This document shows positions 35,828 to 46,370 of a stretch of DNA of 64,000 bases, piece by piece; position 1 is the first letter of the stretch, and every line of letters starts with the position of its first letter. The stretch comes from a virus: IMG/VR virus record IMGVR_UViG_3300021127_000004, positions 1-64,000 of that record; one strand, given 5' to 3'. Below the pieces are notes generated by a model, which saw nothing but the letters and a program-made list of their open reading frames with translations, was not told where the DNA came from and ran no database searches. The position numbers were made by a program, and so were the translations under genes.

Positions 35828-36601
35828 ATGAGCAATAAATACATCGCCATATCCCCTAATATAATAGTTAGAGTTTCAAAGGAATCCTTAGTTAAAAACC
35901 GTGAAGGTGAAGAAATATACCACCACCAATCTTTTGTATGGTACACCCGTAATCTTCAATGTGGTGAGATAGTTTCTATTTCTGATATTGCTAAAAAACA
36001 ACTGCCACTTGCTGAAATAGGGGATTTACTAATTTACCACCACTTCATAGAAGCATCTGCTTCATTAAGTGAAACTAAAAGCCACTACTTAGTAGATGAA
36101 ACAGAAACAGATTTTTATTTCAATGTATTGGCTAAAGAAGTTGCAGGGGAATTTATACAAACCTACGGCATCTTAAAAGACAATGAAATAATCCCACACC
36201 CCTTCTATACTTTTTTACACCAAGAAGAAATATGCTTGAATGAAGATAGTTTGGCTGCTTATCGTTTAAGTCGTGACGAAAAGATAAGGAAGCTAAACCA
36301 AGCAAAACAAGATAACCTCTACAAGATGCACAACTCCCCTGCTAATTGGGATTTGCGTACAGAAATAAGACGTAAAGAAAAAGAAAGCCTTGAAACGACC
36401 AAAGAACTAAGTAAAAGAAAAACCATTGCTTTCAAAGTAGCTTACGTTACAAATGAAAAGCCATATAAAAAAGAAGATATTATCTCTATCCCTAGCTTTG
36501 CAGCCAACACAATAGTTTCCGTTAATGGGAATGATTACCGTGTGGTGGAATCAAAATATATATCATCTGTTATTCCCGAAGTTGCCCCTTCTCTAATATA
36601 G
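35828..36601 (+). CDS. double-domain GroES-like co-chaperonin (putative)
   Basis: GEIVSIS...EIGDLLIYHH and KKEDII......NTIVSVNGNDYRVVESKYISSVI both resemble GroES. Confidence 0.6.
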   Translation: MSNKYIAISPNIIVRVSKESLVKNREGEEIYHHQSFVWYTRNLQCGEIVSISDIAKKQLPLAEIGDLLIYHHFIEASASLSETKSHYLVDETETDFYFNVLAKEVAGEFIQTYGILKDNEIIPHPFYTFLHQEEICLNEDSLAAYRLSRDEKIRKLNQAKQDNLYKMHNSPANWDLRTEIRRKEKESLETTKELSKRKTIAFKVAYVTNEKPYKKEDIISIPSFAANTIVSVNGNDYRVVESKYISSVIPEVAPSLI

Positions 36602-39600
36602 GGTCACGCTTTGAATCAAACATTGTCACTTCACTACCAAAGTACTCCATGTAATTGTTGGCAGTACTACTATCTGTTATTAACCTTATTTGTATCCATT
36701 GACCGTATAATGGGTTACCCTCTTGACCGATATTGCCAAGTACTGTTGGGGTTGTGTTGGAATCAGTAGGGGTATTCATATCCCGTAAGAATCCTGCCGA
36801 ACTAAAGAATTGACCCCATTGAAAGTTGTTTAATAACAAATAAGACTTTTGACCCGTTTGTGTTATTATCCTATCTGCAAATAAAAGATTTTGCTTACAG
36901 TAATTTGATAGTGCTTGGAAGAACACTTGTGACAATGCTTGTGTGGCACAAACTATTTCAATAACACTTTCGCATTGCACTCCATAAAACACATTGAACG
37001 AATTATTTGTATTTATGTTATGGTGGGAATATATTGCACCGTTGTTAAATGTGAACAACTGCTTATTCAATAAGTCACCATCAATACTTGCATACATTTC
37101 GGGAGTAAAAGATACATCCCCCGTAACATTGGTAGTATTAATATCAAATGTTGTTGTATTGTTGTCTAGTGGGGTATAATTCCTGCTTTGGTTTATGTAA
37201 CTGATATTACTTAAAGAGAAGTCGGTCAATAGATATTTGTTTTCAAGTGGGTCTATTCCCCCTACAAAAAACTTAGTGCCATCTGCTGCAATAGCCTTTA
37301 ATTTAGCCCTAAAAGAACTATCTATTTTGCCTTTTATCACATTAGGCAGTATCTCATTTTCATCACTAATCATTGATTTGAAAGAAGAAAAATTAAACTG
37401 CAAAACATCACATTGCTGCCTATCAACAAACATAGTCAATTTACCTAAAGTCTGTATGCTACACTTGTCTATTAGTTGGCATCCGTAAACATCCCCTATT
37501 TCTCTTTCGGGATTTCCCCACACATTACTTGCAGAAGCAACACTTACCGTCCCTGCTGAATCTACCCTTAATAAGTTGTCATTATACCCTACTTTAAAGT
37601 TGCTGAATTGTGTCAAGAACCAAACAACACCAGTATCGAATACTGCCCCAGAAATGCCAAATGTATTTTTAATGTCGAAATCTTGTATTAAATTATCTGA
37701 AAAATATTGAAGATAATTCAATGCCCCATTCATAGATAAAGTCCCCGTCAATATAACTGAATTTATCTTATGTAAAACTTGTTCGTAAAGGTTATTTGTA
37801 TATGCCCTACCTTGATTGTTTATATTTAACCCCCAAGTATTGCTAGGGGATTTGCTTTCAAATCTAAACCCAAAATTATTTAACGAAACTATTGAATTAC
37901 TACTATCGAAGGTCTGCACTTGCGCCGTTACTATACTTCCAGATGTGTCAGTATTGGTTATTGTTGTGACCAAAGGCGTTTGTGATAATAAAGTTGGGAC
38001 TGGTATTTGCCTACTCAAAAAATAAGTGTCGTAAACATTTAGTTTAATTGATGTCTTTTGTGGCACTCCATCAACTAAATCAATCCTACTATTTGGTATT
38101 TCAAAGTAAGATATTTGCTCTAAATTATTTACTGATTTTGGTCTATATATCCTAATTATTGCATTTGGCAAAAGTCCCTTTAATTCCCCTGAATAATCAA
38201 TAAGAAAGTACTGCCCTGTTGTATCATATTTTACTACCGAAGATATATTTTTAGAAAAAAAAGTATTATCCCCATTTATCATAAACAAAACCCTGTCCCC
38301 TACTACGGGCGTATTTTTACCCTCTGCGATAAAAGACCAATTGCAAGTGGTATTGTAATTATTATTTGCGTTAAACTTATTTAGACTAGCATACCATATC
38401 CTTATTTGAGAAGGAGAATATATATTAATAGCCCCCGTATTATCAATAAAATCAGCCTTATCTACTATCCAAGTTACATAGTCTGATATAGACAATTCAG
38501 CCCCCATTGCCACTGTAAGATACTTTAAGTTTTTAGGGAATGTAGTCCCGTTTGTTATATCCAATTGTGGCGACCAAGCGTTTACCGATTGAGATTGAAT
38601 TAAAGATGGGACATTTAATACCCTTAAAGGCTCTGCGTATGTAACTCTTTTTCCATCGTGACCAATAAGTGAAAAAGGATATTTTCCCCCACTAAGCAAT
38701 GACTTAAATGATTTATATTCTAATATAACTACACCAATGTCATATATTCTTTCCCCACAAGCACCAACGCAAGCATCTATTGTTAGTGGTATAGTTGAAA
38801 TACAAGTATCCCCCACGCCCGTAAATGAACACGCCCCCCCGCTTATAATCAATGAATCGTATCGAACACTGCCATTGTAAACGTCATCGTGAGCAATCAA
38901 AGAAAAAGAACCATCATCATCCGTTGTTGTATGCCCACCCCTTGTTAATGTTATAGGCAAGTTCGGTATCCCTTCATCTGTGCCATTCAGTATTATTTTA
39001 CCCTGTATTATCACCCTATTACATGGCAAGTTATACATTTGTTCCCAAGCAGGGTTCTTTGTGTTTATGGTGAAATTAGAAAAACTCATCATCCCCCTGT
39101 TCCCCTTGCCTGTATTCCAACTCGCTTCTTGACAATTATAGTAAAAATTGTAATAATAAGTTCTAGGCGATGTAGATGTAACAAATTTATAATAAAACCC
39201 ATTATGGTCTGTTATCCCGCTAGTAAACCTGCCATCTATCCTCATCAACTCCATTGGGTTTTGTGGAAACCCATTCTGATTTGTTTCGTATATATAACCA
39301 CAAGTGGCATAGTTATCTTGCGATGTAAATTCTGCGATAGTAAGAATCCTTACGCTGTCTAGTGTATTATAGTCTAAATCACAAGCGTTTATAACTAATT
39401 CTTTTGTGGTTGGGTCGCCGTTACTGAAATTAAGTATCCCTGCCTTTATATCGTCTGGGTTAATAGTGTTTAAGCCATATACGGTTGTACTTGTAGACTG
39501 AAAATCACCCCCACTTGCTGGGTCGTATAAGTGAGATGCTAGTCTAAATATTTTAACCCCTGCCGTAACCCCTGTAAAAGTAAATCGTTGCAAGGAATTA

Positions 39601-41057
39601 CCTGTGTGTGAAAAATCTTCATCAACTTGCCAAGTGCCTCCGTCCCAATATACTTGTTCACTTACTGCAATGCTGCCATCGTTTAGATAACCAATAAAAC
39701 CGCTTTGGTAAATATTAGTAAAGTATTGACTGAAATTTCTTGCCAAGTCTGAATTTCCCCAAACATACCCCGTTGAACCTTTCTTAGTAACTCCACCAAT
39801 AGAACCATTAAGTACGCTTTGTATGGCAACGTATATCGTTATATTCCTTGTTTCCCCTATGCTTACGGGGGTTGAATTTAAAGATAACTTGCAATTATCT
39901 GTTATACTACTGCCAAACGGCGAGAACCCTTGCAAGAAATTGGCATAAGCAAGTTTTTGATTTAATTCAAATAAAACCTGTGGCTTTTGGGGAACGGGGT
40001 TTTCTATCCTGTTTGTTTCATCTTGGGAAACAGGCGTTTGTTGCCCATTATTGCAGAATGTATATGTTATTTGATTAGTTGAAGGGTTATATGTAACGTT
40101 GGGGTTTCTTTGCCTAGTCCACCATTCCCCTACTGTACTGCCTTTATAAAGTAGCAATGTGGAATCAACATACCATTGGTCACTATTTCCTATCCTATAT
40201 TCTACATCTATTGAATTGTTGAATGGATTACCCGCATCAAATGTCAATGACAAGCAACGTGGGCTAGTACTGCTTGATACCATACAATCATTGACCCCAC
40301 TAAAATATAGGTCACTGATTATCCCATGTTCAGAGGGTACGCCAAATACGTTTGTGTTTTTTATCCTAAATTGAAATCCTTGATACAATAAATCATTAGG
40401 TATAGCTAAATCTGCTGTTGTTGCGGGAATTTCTGCTATTAATATTTCAGAATCAGGCGTATCAAATCCAGTCCTTATTAATGTACAAGGGTCGTAATTA
40501 CCTTTAAAATAAGGGTAAATAGTACTATTAAAGCCTTGTGAAGATATTGCATCGTCAACTCTTAAATATCCGCCGTCATTAAATCCATCAGCCCAATACA
40601 AATCCCTTTTTAATACTGTAACCCCCGTGTCAGGGTCAGTTAGTGTAATAGGCAATAATACTATCGAAGCAATAAAGTATTGTGGCAACAACTGAAAATT
40701 AAGGCAAGCATTTTGATAAACTAAATCAGCCGTCCTATTACTTGCACTTACTCTATAAATTGAATGATTCCCATTACTGTTATATATGAAACAATAAACT
40801 TCATTTGTAACTGCAAAGCCTTTAGCACCTATGCAATAGTTATTCCCACTTGGGAGATTAAAAGGCACATACAACTCATTGCTTTGCAATTTTTTCAATG
40901 ATGCAGCATTATTCCCCTCTTTTATGTCACCATACTCATTGGTAGTACTTTCGTATGAAGTAACGTTTTTTAGATACCTAGCGGTAAATTCGTCAAAATA
41001 CGATGCGCTAAGGTCTGTGTTTATCTTTAGGGGCAATATCTTTTTTGTGTGTTGCAT
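36570..41057 (-). CDS. tail stabilisation/muzzle-like protein
   Basis: 1495 aa; propeller-like N-terminus (LYWADG), L.YANF, YGC, F.D, C-terminal N.FYG and G.W..I.L motifs. Confidence 0.65.
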   Translation of the reverse strand: MQHTKKILPLKINTDLSASYFDEFTARYLKNVTSYESTTNEYGDIKEGNNAASLKKLQSNELYVPFNLPSGNNYCIGAKGFAVTNEVYCFIYNSNGNHSIYRVSASNRTADLVYQNACLNFQLLPQYFIASIVLLPITLTDPDTGVTVLKRDLYWADGFNDGGYLRVDDAISSQGFNSTIYPYFKGNYDPCTLIRTGFDTPDSEILIAEIPATTADLAIPNDLLYQGFQFRIKNTNVFGVPSEHGIISDLYFSGVNDCMVSSSTSPRCLSLTFDAGNPFNNSIDVEYRIGNSDQWYVDSTLLLYKGSTVGEWWTRQRNPNVTYNPSTNQITYTFCNNGQQTPVSQDETNRIENPVPQKPQVLFELNQKLAYANFLQGFSPFGSSITDNCKLSLNSTPVSIGETRNITIYVAIQSVLNGSIGGVTKKGSTGYVWGNSDLARNFSQYFTNIYQSGFIGYLNDGSIAVSEQVYWDGGTWQVDEDFSHTGNSLQRFTFTGVTAGVKIFRLASHLYDPASGGDFQSTSTTVYGLNTINPDDIKAGILNFSNGDPTTKELVINACDLDYNTLDSVRILTIAEFTSQDNYATCGYIYETNQNGFPQNPMELMRIDGRFTSGITDHNGFYYKFVTSTSPRTYYYNFYYNCQEASWNTGKGNRGMMSFSNFTINTKNPAWEQMYNLPCNRVIIQGKIILNGTDEGIPNLPITLTRGGHTTTDDDGSFSLIAHDDVYNGSVRYDSLIISGGACSFTGVGDTCISTIPLTIDACVGACGERIYDIGVVILEYKSFKSLLSGGKYPFSLIGHDGKRVTYAEPLRVLNVPSLIQSQSVNAWSPQLDITNGTTFPKNLKYLTVAMGAELSISDYVTWIVDKADFIDNTGAINIYSPSQIRIWYASLNKFNANNNYNTTCNWSFIAEGKNTPVVGDRVLFMINGDNTFFSKNISSVVKYDTTGQYFLIDYSGELKGLLPNAIIRIYRPKSVNNLEQISYFEIPNSRIDLVDGVPQKTSIKLNVYDTYFLSRQIPVPTLLSQTPLVTTITNTDTSGSIVTAQVQTFDSSNSIVSLNNFGFRFESKSPSNTWGLNINNQGRAYTNNLYEQVLHKINSVILTGTLSMNGALNYLQYFSDNLIQDFDIKNTFGISGAVFDTGVVWFLTQFSNFKVGYNDNLLRVDSAGTVSVASASNVWGNPEREIGDVYGCQLIDKCSIQTLGKLTMFVDRQQCDVLQFNFSSFKSMISDENEILPNVIKGKIDSSFRAKLKAIAADGTKFFVGGIDPLENKYLLTDFSLSNISYINQSRNYTPLDNNTTTFDINTTNVTGDVSFTPEMYASIDGDLLNKQLFTFNNGAIYSHHNINTNNSFNVFYGVQCESVIEIVCATQALSQVFFQALSNYCKQNLLFADRIITQTGQKSYLLLNNFQWGQFFSSAGFLRDMNTPTDSNTTPTVLGNIGQEGNPLYGQWIQIRLITDSSTANNYMEYFGSEVTMFDSKRDPILEKGQLRE

Positions 41058-41061
41058 TATG

Positions 41062-41069
41062 CAAAATTA
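41062..41069 (-). promoter_or_regulatory. -7 element TAATTTTG, probably leaderless transcript
   Basis: 4 nt upstream of ATG 41057. Confidence 0.5.
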
Positions 41070-41074
41070 GTGTT

Positions 41075-43411
41075 TTAGGCGACTTGTTTTGGTTTTGAAT
41101 ATTTACCATTTAAAGCACCTAAGAAATTACCGAAAAACTGACTATCTTCCACATAGTTTTGTCGCCCCAAAATGGTAGCCATATAAATATCGTGCGCCAA
41201 TACCAAATATCCAAACATCATTACCAAATCCGAAGGTTTTGTCATTTCGGGGTCAAAATCCAAGAACTGTCTAAGTAATGGAATAAAGTGTATTGTTTCG
41301 ACATAATTAGGTTCATCTTTACCTACATAAAGGTAGTCCTTAGCACTTCTTATTATTGTTTCTAATAGTACGTTTTGGTGGGCGTTTCTTGTCCTTACTA
41401 TAAAGTTAAAATCAGCCCCTAATTGCATCCACGGTTCGTATGTTATAAGGGTAAATGTAGGGGCTTTGACATCTTTGAAAATCATATAGTACCCTAATCC
41501 CTCTTGCAACATCATATTTGCATAAGTGGGTTCGTTTGCTTCTACTATGCTTATCTTAGAAAAGAATATTGTTTCTTTTACTAATTGTTCGTATGATTCA
41601 CGGGGGTTATCTGGGCGTGCAAAGTAAACTGAAATCAATCGCTTAGATGCTATCTTTCTTTCACGGCTATCCCTGATTGGGTCGTAAATACTCATAGTTC
41701 CATAAGCACATTTAGAACCTTCGTTTATTGCTTCTGCCCATTTAACGGTATCTGCACCGCCTACGTTGTTAAATCTTTTTGGGGGCAATAAAGAACCGTT
41801 TGTATCGTACCCCCTTAATAAACTTTCGTTGAAAGTGCCTCTATAAAATTCTTCCTTATCTATCCAAAATTCGGGTTCAAATCCGTTTTGCACATCTTCT
41901 TCTGAAAGGGGAATACATCTTACTTTAGTAAACTTACCTTTGGGGCGTTTATCTTTTTTACCCATTTCCCAAGCTGCATTATCCCATATCAAACGTGCAG
42001 GTATCATTCCGTGTACCCCGTTTGCATTATCTTCTAATTCACTATCTATTTGGGCTATTATCGGTAGGGGATTGAATGTAGAACTTTCTCCACCTATTTC
42101 CCAAGCCTCTTTTTCAGTACGGGCTAACTGCCTTTTTACTGAAAGGTATCTTTTAGGGTCGGTCTTAACTTTTTCTAAGGCTTCCTCGATACTATCATTC
42201 GCCGCCACTTCGTCACATTCCCCGTACTTATCAATCAAACTAAGGAATGAATAAAGAGAAGAAACGTGGTAGCATATCAATTCACTAAGGGTTCTTTTAC
42301 TCCCTCTTTTTGTGTGTAATTTACTGCCAAAGAAAATATCCCTTGCTTCTGTAACCCCCACGTCATTTTGTTCTGAAACGTACCCAAATAACCACATTTT
42401 GCCTTCGATGTCATTTTGCATCTTAACGGTGGCATTGTTTGTTTCAAATATTTCTTTTGGGTGTTGGTTACTTTTGGCAAGGGTTTTATTAAACTCATCC
42501 AAAACAACGTCTGTCATTTTAGGGCTATCAAATCCTTTAGGGTCTGTGGGGGCTACGAATATTCTTGAATTAAGTGCCTTTTCTTGCATCATTGTGTTTA
42601 ATGCCGACTTATGTGAAGAAGTCCCACTAAATGATTTTGCCCCAAATATTGTATGACCTTCACTTCTTGCATCTGTTTTAGTAGAGGGTTTGAATATGTT
42701 TGGCAATCCATCAAAAGCATGATAAAAGTACATCATGTTACTTGTTATGGCAACATCTTTACTCATACTCATTACACCTACTTGTTGCCCTTTGTAAAGG
42801 GTTGTTTTGTTTAGTAGGTAACAAGAAAAAAGGAAAGTAACCCCTGTTTTTTTAGCCTTAGAAATGAAAGCCCCAAGTATATTTTCATCCTTATTAACCA
42901 AGTCTATCAAATAGAAAATATCTTGTTGGTATTTATAGAAATAACCATATTCTGCATAAACCCTAAGAAAATAATCTTTTGGCACACTATCCCCAAATGT
43001 GGCTACATACTTTTCATACCTAGCACTTTTACCATAACAACGGCAATGCTGCATAGTGAAGTAATGATGCCCCGTAATGTATTCTATTTCATTTTTGTTA
43101 CGGAAGAAAACCCCGTGTTCACGCCTATATAATTCTTTCGATACTGTTTCTATGAATAGTTGGCTATCTGCTGAATTAAAAGACTTGTAAAGCCCACTTT
43201 CATCTTGTAGTGTAGCATCTGCATCTAGTTCTGTATAATTAGGGACGAAATTATAAAACACACTAGGTAACTCTAATCTTCTCCAATAGGCGTTTTCGGG
43301 CTTTTCATTGTACCATAGTATTTCATCCGTGTTTTTAGGCAACGGGGGTTTGGTATAATGATGTTCCCCAATGATTGCAGTAGTTTTATATGTTACCCCT
43401 TTTTTTAGCAT
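41075..43411 (-). CDS. terL: terminase large subunit
   Basis: YITG.HYF, KAKKTGVT (Walker A-like), VVLDEFNK (Walker B), GGAD, Y.ARP, EAN, D.V nuclease motifs. Confidence 0.88.
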   Translation of the reverse strand: MLKKGVTYKTTAIIGEHHYTKPPLPKNTDEILWYNEKPENAYWRRLELPSVFYNFVPNYTELDADATLQDESGLYKSFNSADSQLFIETVSKELYRREHGVFFRNKNEIEYITGHHYFTMQHCRCYGKSARYEKYVATFGDSVPKDYFLRVYAEYGYFYKYQQDIFYLIDLVNKDENILGAFISKAKKTGVTFLFSCYLLNKTTLYKGQQVGVMSMSKDVAITSNMMYFYHAFDGLPNIFKPSTKTDARSEGHTIFGAKSFSGTSSHKSALNTMMQEKALNSRIFVAPTDPKGFDSPKMTDVVLDEFNKTLAKSNQHPKEIFETNNATVKMQNDIEGKMWLFGYVSEQNDVGVTEARDIFFGSKLHTKRGSKRTLSELICYHVSSLYSFLSLIDKYGECDEVAANDSIEEALEKVKTDPKRYLSVKRQLARTEKEAWEIGGESSTFNPLPIIAQIDSELEDNANGVHGMIPARLIWDNAAWEMGKKDKRPKGKFTKVRCIPLSEEDVQNGFEPEFWIDKEEFYRGTFNESLLRGYDTNGSLLPPKRFNNVGGADTVKWAEAINEGSKCAYGTMSIYDPIRDSRERKIASKRLISVYFARPDNPRESYEQLVKETIFFSKISIVEANEPTYANMMLQEGLGYYMIFKDVKAPTFTLITYEPWMQLGADFNFIVRTRNAHQNVLLETIIRSAKDYLYVGKDEPNYVETIHFIPLLRQFLDFDPEMTKPSDLVMMFGYLVLAHDIYMATILGRQNYVEDSQFFGNFLGALNGKYSKPKQVA

Positions 43412-44058
43412 TATTTATTCCTATTTATAAAGTCCTCTATTGAAGCAGTATTTTTTTGCATTGACATTTCGTTTGCAGCCCCAACGCTTACTTTTAGTTT
43501 TGCATGGTTTTGAATAAAAGACGACTTAGCTTCATTCATCATATTCATTAATTCCCTTGCGTTTTCTGCTGCTGCCATTTTGCCATCTACTATTGATTTT
43601 ATCTTAGCATAAGCATCCAAATCGGTAGTGCCATCATCATTTTTAATCTTAGGTTCGGGTAAAGACATTATTGAAAGGAATTGTGACCTTAACCCCCTGT
43701 ATGCAACATATTGGGCAAAGTTATCATCATTCTGTAACTTAATCCACCTATCAATACTTAGCCTTAAATTATCATTTCTTAGCTTTGCAACTTCATCATA
43801 ATATACTTCGGGCAATCCTACTTTTGTAAATATCCTTCTAGCTAAGTTATCCCAAGAAATCCCCCCTGTATTAAGCATTTCACTTTCCAAAGAAAACCCG
43901 TATAAGATAAACTTAACTACCCCTACAAAAACTTCTGCAACGGGGAAATCTTCTGATAACGGTTTAAATATTTCCCACAAATACCTATTTCTAAGAAATT
44001 GCTCGAAGTAATCATCCCCCTCATCGTAAGATATAATTTCGCTGTAATTATTTATCAT
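43411..44058 (-). CDS. putative terminase small subunit
   Basis: Helical 215 aa, translationally coupled upstream of terL. Confidence 0.4.
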   Translation of the reverse strand: MINNYSEIISYDEGDDYFEQFLRNRYLWEIFKPLSEDFPVAEVFVGVVKFILYGFSLESEMLNTGGISWDNLARRIFTKVGLPEVYYDEVAKLRNDNLRLSIDRWIKLQNDDNFAQYVAYRGLRSQFLSIMSLPEPKIKNDDGTTDLDAYAKIKSIVDGKMAAAENARELMNMMNEAKSSFIQNHAKLKVSVGAANEMSMQKNTASIEDFINRNK

Positions 44059-44059
44059 C

Positions 44060-45331
44060 CTAAAATAAGTTTATCCCGTACTTCTTTAAATTGCCAATAA
44101 CAACTTCTGCTTCATCTAGTGCAGATAATTCTATTTTTAATTCAAATCCCTTTACTTCTTTTGCTATTTTTATGCAACCTTCTTTTGCTGCCTTTAAAGT
44201 ATCTGCATAAAAAACAACTGCACCTATTTCTGTCATATCTGTGTTCTGTGGAACAAATATCGAAGTGCCATTTTCATCAATATGTAAACTTTTTATCTTT
44301 ACAAATTCTTTGTATTTTTTTGGGAAATAAACTCTTTGCGGGTGTTCTTTAGCCCTATATGACTTTATAATTAACTGTACGCCGTACTTTGCTTTTGCTT
44401 CTACATTGGGGATGATACCATTTGCAACTTCCCAACAATAAACAGGATAATCTTTAAACATTTCACAAGCCAATGAAGTAGGGGGTTCTCCCAAACGTGC
44501 GGTCATATCTAGGTAATAGCTAAAGTCTTTTTTAGTACACCTTTCTTCACTACTATACCATCCTTTATACTCGTTATCTTTGAAAGTTTGGGACATTTTT
44601 TCATTTGCTTCACGGGTTGTTTTGGGCAACTTATCATAGTCTGTAAATACGGCACAATAAGAAGCATCTTTCACTTCGCATCCAAACAAAGTTTTAGAAG
44701 TAAATTTCCCGTCAATCGTAAACCCATCAAACCCGTACTCCAAAGCATCTTTAATGGATTCCTCGATAATAAAATCTTCATTTTCTTTATTAATACCTAA
44801 GTCTCGTTCTAAATCCATTAAAGCATCTATGCCACATTCATCATCTTGATATTTGAACGTTTCACAATCGCCACGAAAAAAGCTAGCCTTAACCCAAACA
44901 TCTTTTTTCCCTTTCAACTTTTCACGAAGTTCCGTTATCCCGTGTGCTACTTCATATTTATTTACAGGCATATCTAGTTGTTCTAAGAACTTTTTTAGCT
45001 GCAACCGATATAATTCATAATCTTGTATTTTACCTGACCCAAATACAGCTTTACCTTCATTTCTTAGCCTGTTTTGCCTTGCCCCTTTATGTAAGTCTGT
45101 GAAAAAGAATAAATCTATTTCATGCTCGTAGTCATCTACATTATCTATCCTTGTTACATTAGGTATCCCCGTTCCAACTATAAAAGGTTGGCTTCTAGCA
45201 AACTCACTCTCATAGGGGGAGTAGTAAAGTACCGTACCGAAATATCTTGCAAATACTTCTACTAAATAAGTAAACCCCCCGTAATCTTCGATAAGTACAA
45301 CCTTATCTTTTAAATTATATTTATCCATCAT
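44060..45331 (-). CDS. ATP-grasp ligase, PurD/GARS-like
   Basis: VFG....ELYR..K, WVK, IIEE.I...EYG.DG, E.K, D.TARLGEP motifs. Confidence 0.78.
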   Translation of the reverse strand: MMDKYNLKDKVVLIEDYGGFTYLVEVFARYFGTVLYYSPYESEFARSQPFIVGTGIPNVTRIDNVDDYEHEIDLFFFTDLHKGARQNRLRNEGKAVFGSGKIQDYELYRLQLKKFLEQLDMPVNKYEVAHGITELREKLKGKKDVWVKASFFRGDCETFKYQDDECGIDALMDLERDLGINKENEDFIIEESIKDALEYGFDGFTIDGKFTSKTLFGCEVKDASYCAVFTDYDKLPKTTREANEKMSQTFKDNEYKGWYSSEERCTKKDFSYYLDMTARLGEPPTSLACEMFKDYPVYCWEVANGIIPNVEAKAKYGVQLIIKSYRAKEHPQRVYFPKKYKEFVKIKSLHIDENGTSIFVPQNTDMTEIGAVVFYADTLKAAKEGCIKIAKEVKGFELKIELSALDEAEVVIGNLKKYGINLF

Positions 45332-45720
45332 AAATTATTTATCAAATTTTCGTATTCAGCCCAATCAACACCAAGTTCTGCTGCCAAAAGTAACTCTATC
45401 CCCGTACTTTGCGTATGTTGTTTGCGGTAAGGCGCATCGTGCCTAAAACCATTTTCAATATCATCATTCATTGTCCCTATTTCTTTTGCTTTTTCACAAT
45501 AAGCATCCCAATCGGTTATTTCTTTTTCGCTGACCCCATTGGCTTCGGTTGTTAGCACCTCCCATAATTCGTGCATAACAATTAATGATTCTTTCTTTTT
45601 GTCCCCCAACTCTGCAACTAATATATTTAAAACACCATTTGCATCATAGAAATAATCCCCAACATCATTGTTTCTTATTTTGCTTCTATCTACTGACTTT
45701 ATATGTATCTCTAATGACAT
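45328..45720 (-). CDS. HExxE protein, putative zincin-like metallohydrolase
   Basis: VGDY, HELWE, APY..QH....IE, LGVDW..Y; ATGA overlap with ATP-grasp gene. Confidence 0.55.
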   Translation of the reverse strand: MSLEIHIKSVDRSKIRNNDVGDYFYDANGVLNILVAELGDKKKESLIVMHELWEVLTTEANGVSEKEITDWDAYCEKAKEIGTMNDDIENGFRHDAPYRKQHTQSTGIELLLAAELGVDWAEYENLINNL

Positions 45721-46019
45721 TCGCTTGTTTTAAACAGTTCATTATTAACTCGTTCAACTTCCTTGTAAATATCTTTCCTTAGTTTTGCATCGTACATCTT
45801 ACAAATACGGGAATGTGGTAAATGCCTCTTTACTTCTTTTACATTATCTTCATCACTTAGTAATTCAACCCAATGATAACCGAATTTATTAAAAGAAGTC
45901 CCGCCCAATCCAACCATTTTTCTAGTGGTAAAGTATCCATATATTTTCCCATCAAAAGGAACTATATCAATATTGTAACTAGCCTTAAATTGTTTTATAA
46001 CTTCTATTTTTAATGGCAT
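45711..46019 (-). CDS. hypothetical protein (start revised to MPLKIEV)
   Basis: ATG 1 nt after upstream stop. Confidence 0.6.
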   Translation of the reverse strand: MPLKIEVIKQFKASYNIDIVPFDGKIYGYFTTRKMVGLGGTSFNKFGYHWVELLSDEDNVKEVKRHLPHSRICKMYDAKLRKDIYKEVERVNNELFKTSECH

Positions 46020-46020
46020 T

Positions 46021-46158
46021 TTATTTCTTTTTACCTTTTGCTTTTTTTTGAACACTATAAGCTATTGCTACTGCTTGTTTTTGGGGTTTCCCCGCTTTTA
46101 CTTCCTTCTTTACATTTTCAGAAAATGCTTTCTTACTTGTTGACTTTTTTAAAGGCAT
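46021..46158 (-). CDS. 45 aa Lys-rich phage protein MPLKKSTSKKAFSENVKKEVKAGKPQKQAVAIAYSVQKKAKGKKK
   Basis: Hand-translated; resembles a widespread small phage family (MPLKK...S.N...G.P.KQAVAIA). Confidence 0.8.
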   Translation of the reverse strand: MPLKKSTSKKAFSENVKKEVKAGKPQKQAVAIAYSVQKKAKGKKK

Positions 46159-46168
46159 AAAATATGTT

Positions 46169-46357
46169 TTAAATTTGTATCCCTATAAAAACTGTTGAAA
46201 ACTCCATTAGTCTTTCGAGTGCCTTTTGCGACTTACCTTCTTCGTAACCTTCATAAGTAAGTGTGTCATATTCTTTGCCTTCGTTATCTATTACATTTAA
46301 GTGTAAACACCTTATTTCTGAATTATTCCTTATTACGCTTTTTACTATTTGTGGCAT
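46169..46357 (-). CDS. hypothetical protein
   Basis: 62 aa ORF, tight packing. Confidence 0.55.
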   Translation of the reverse strand: MPQIVKSVIRNNSEIRCLHLNVIDNEGKEYDTLTYEGYEEGKSQKALERLMEFSTVFIGIQI

Positions 46358-46370
46358 AATTGTTTATTTT

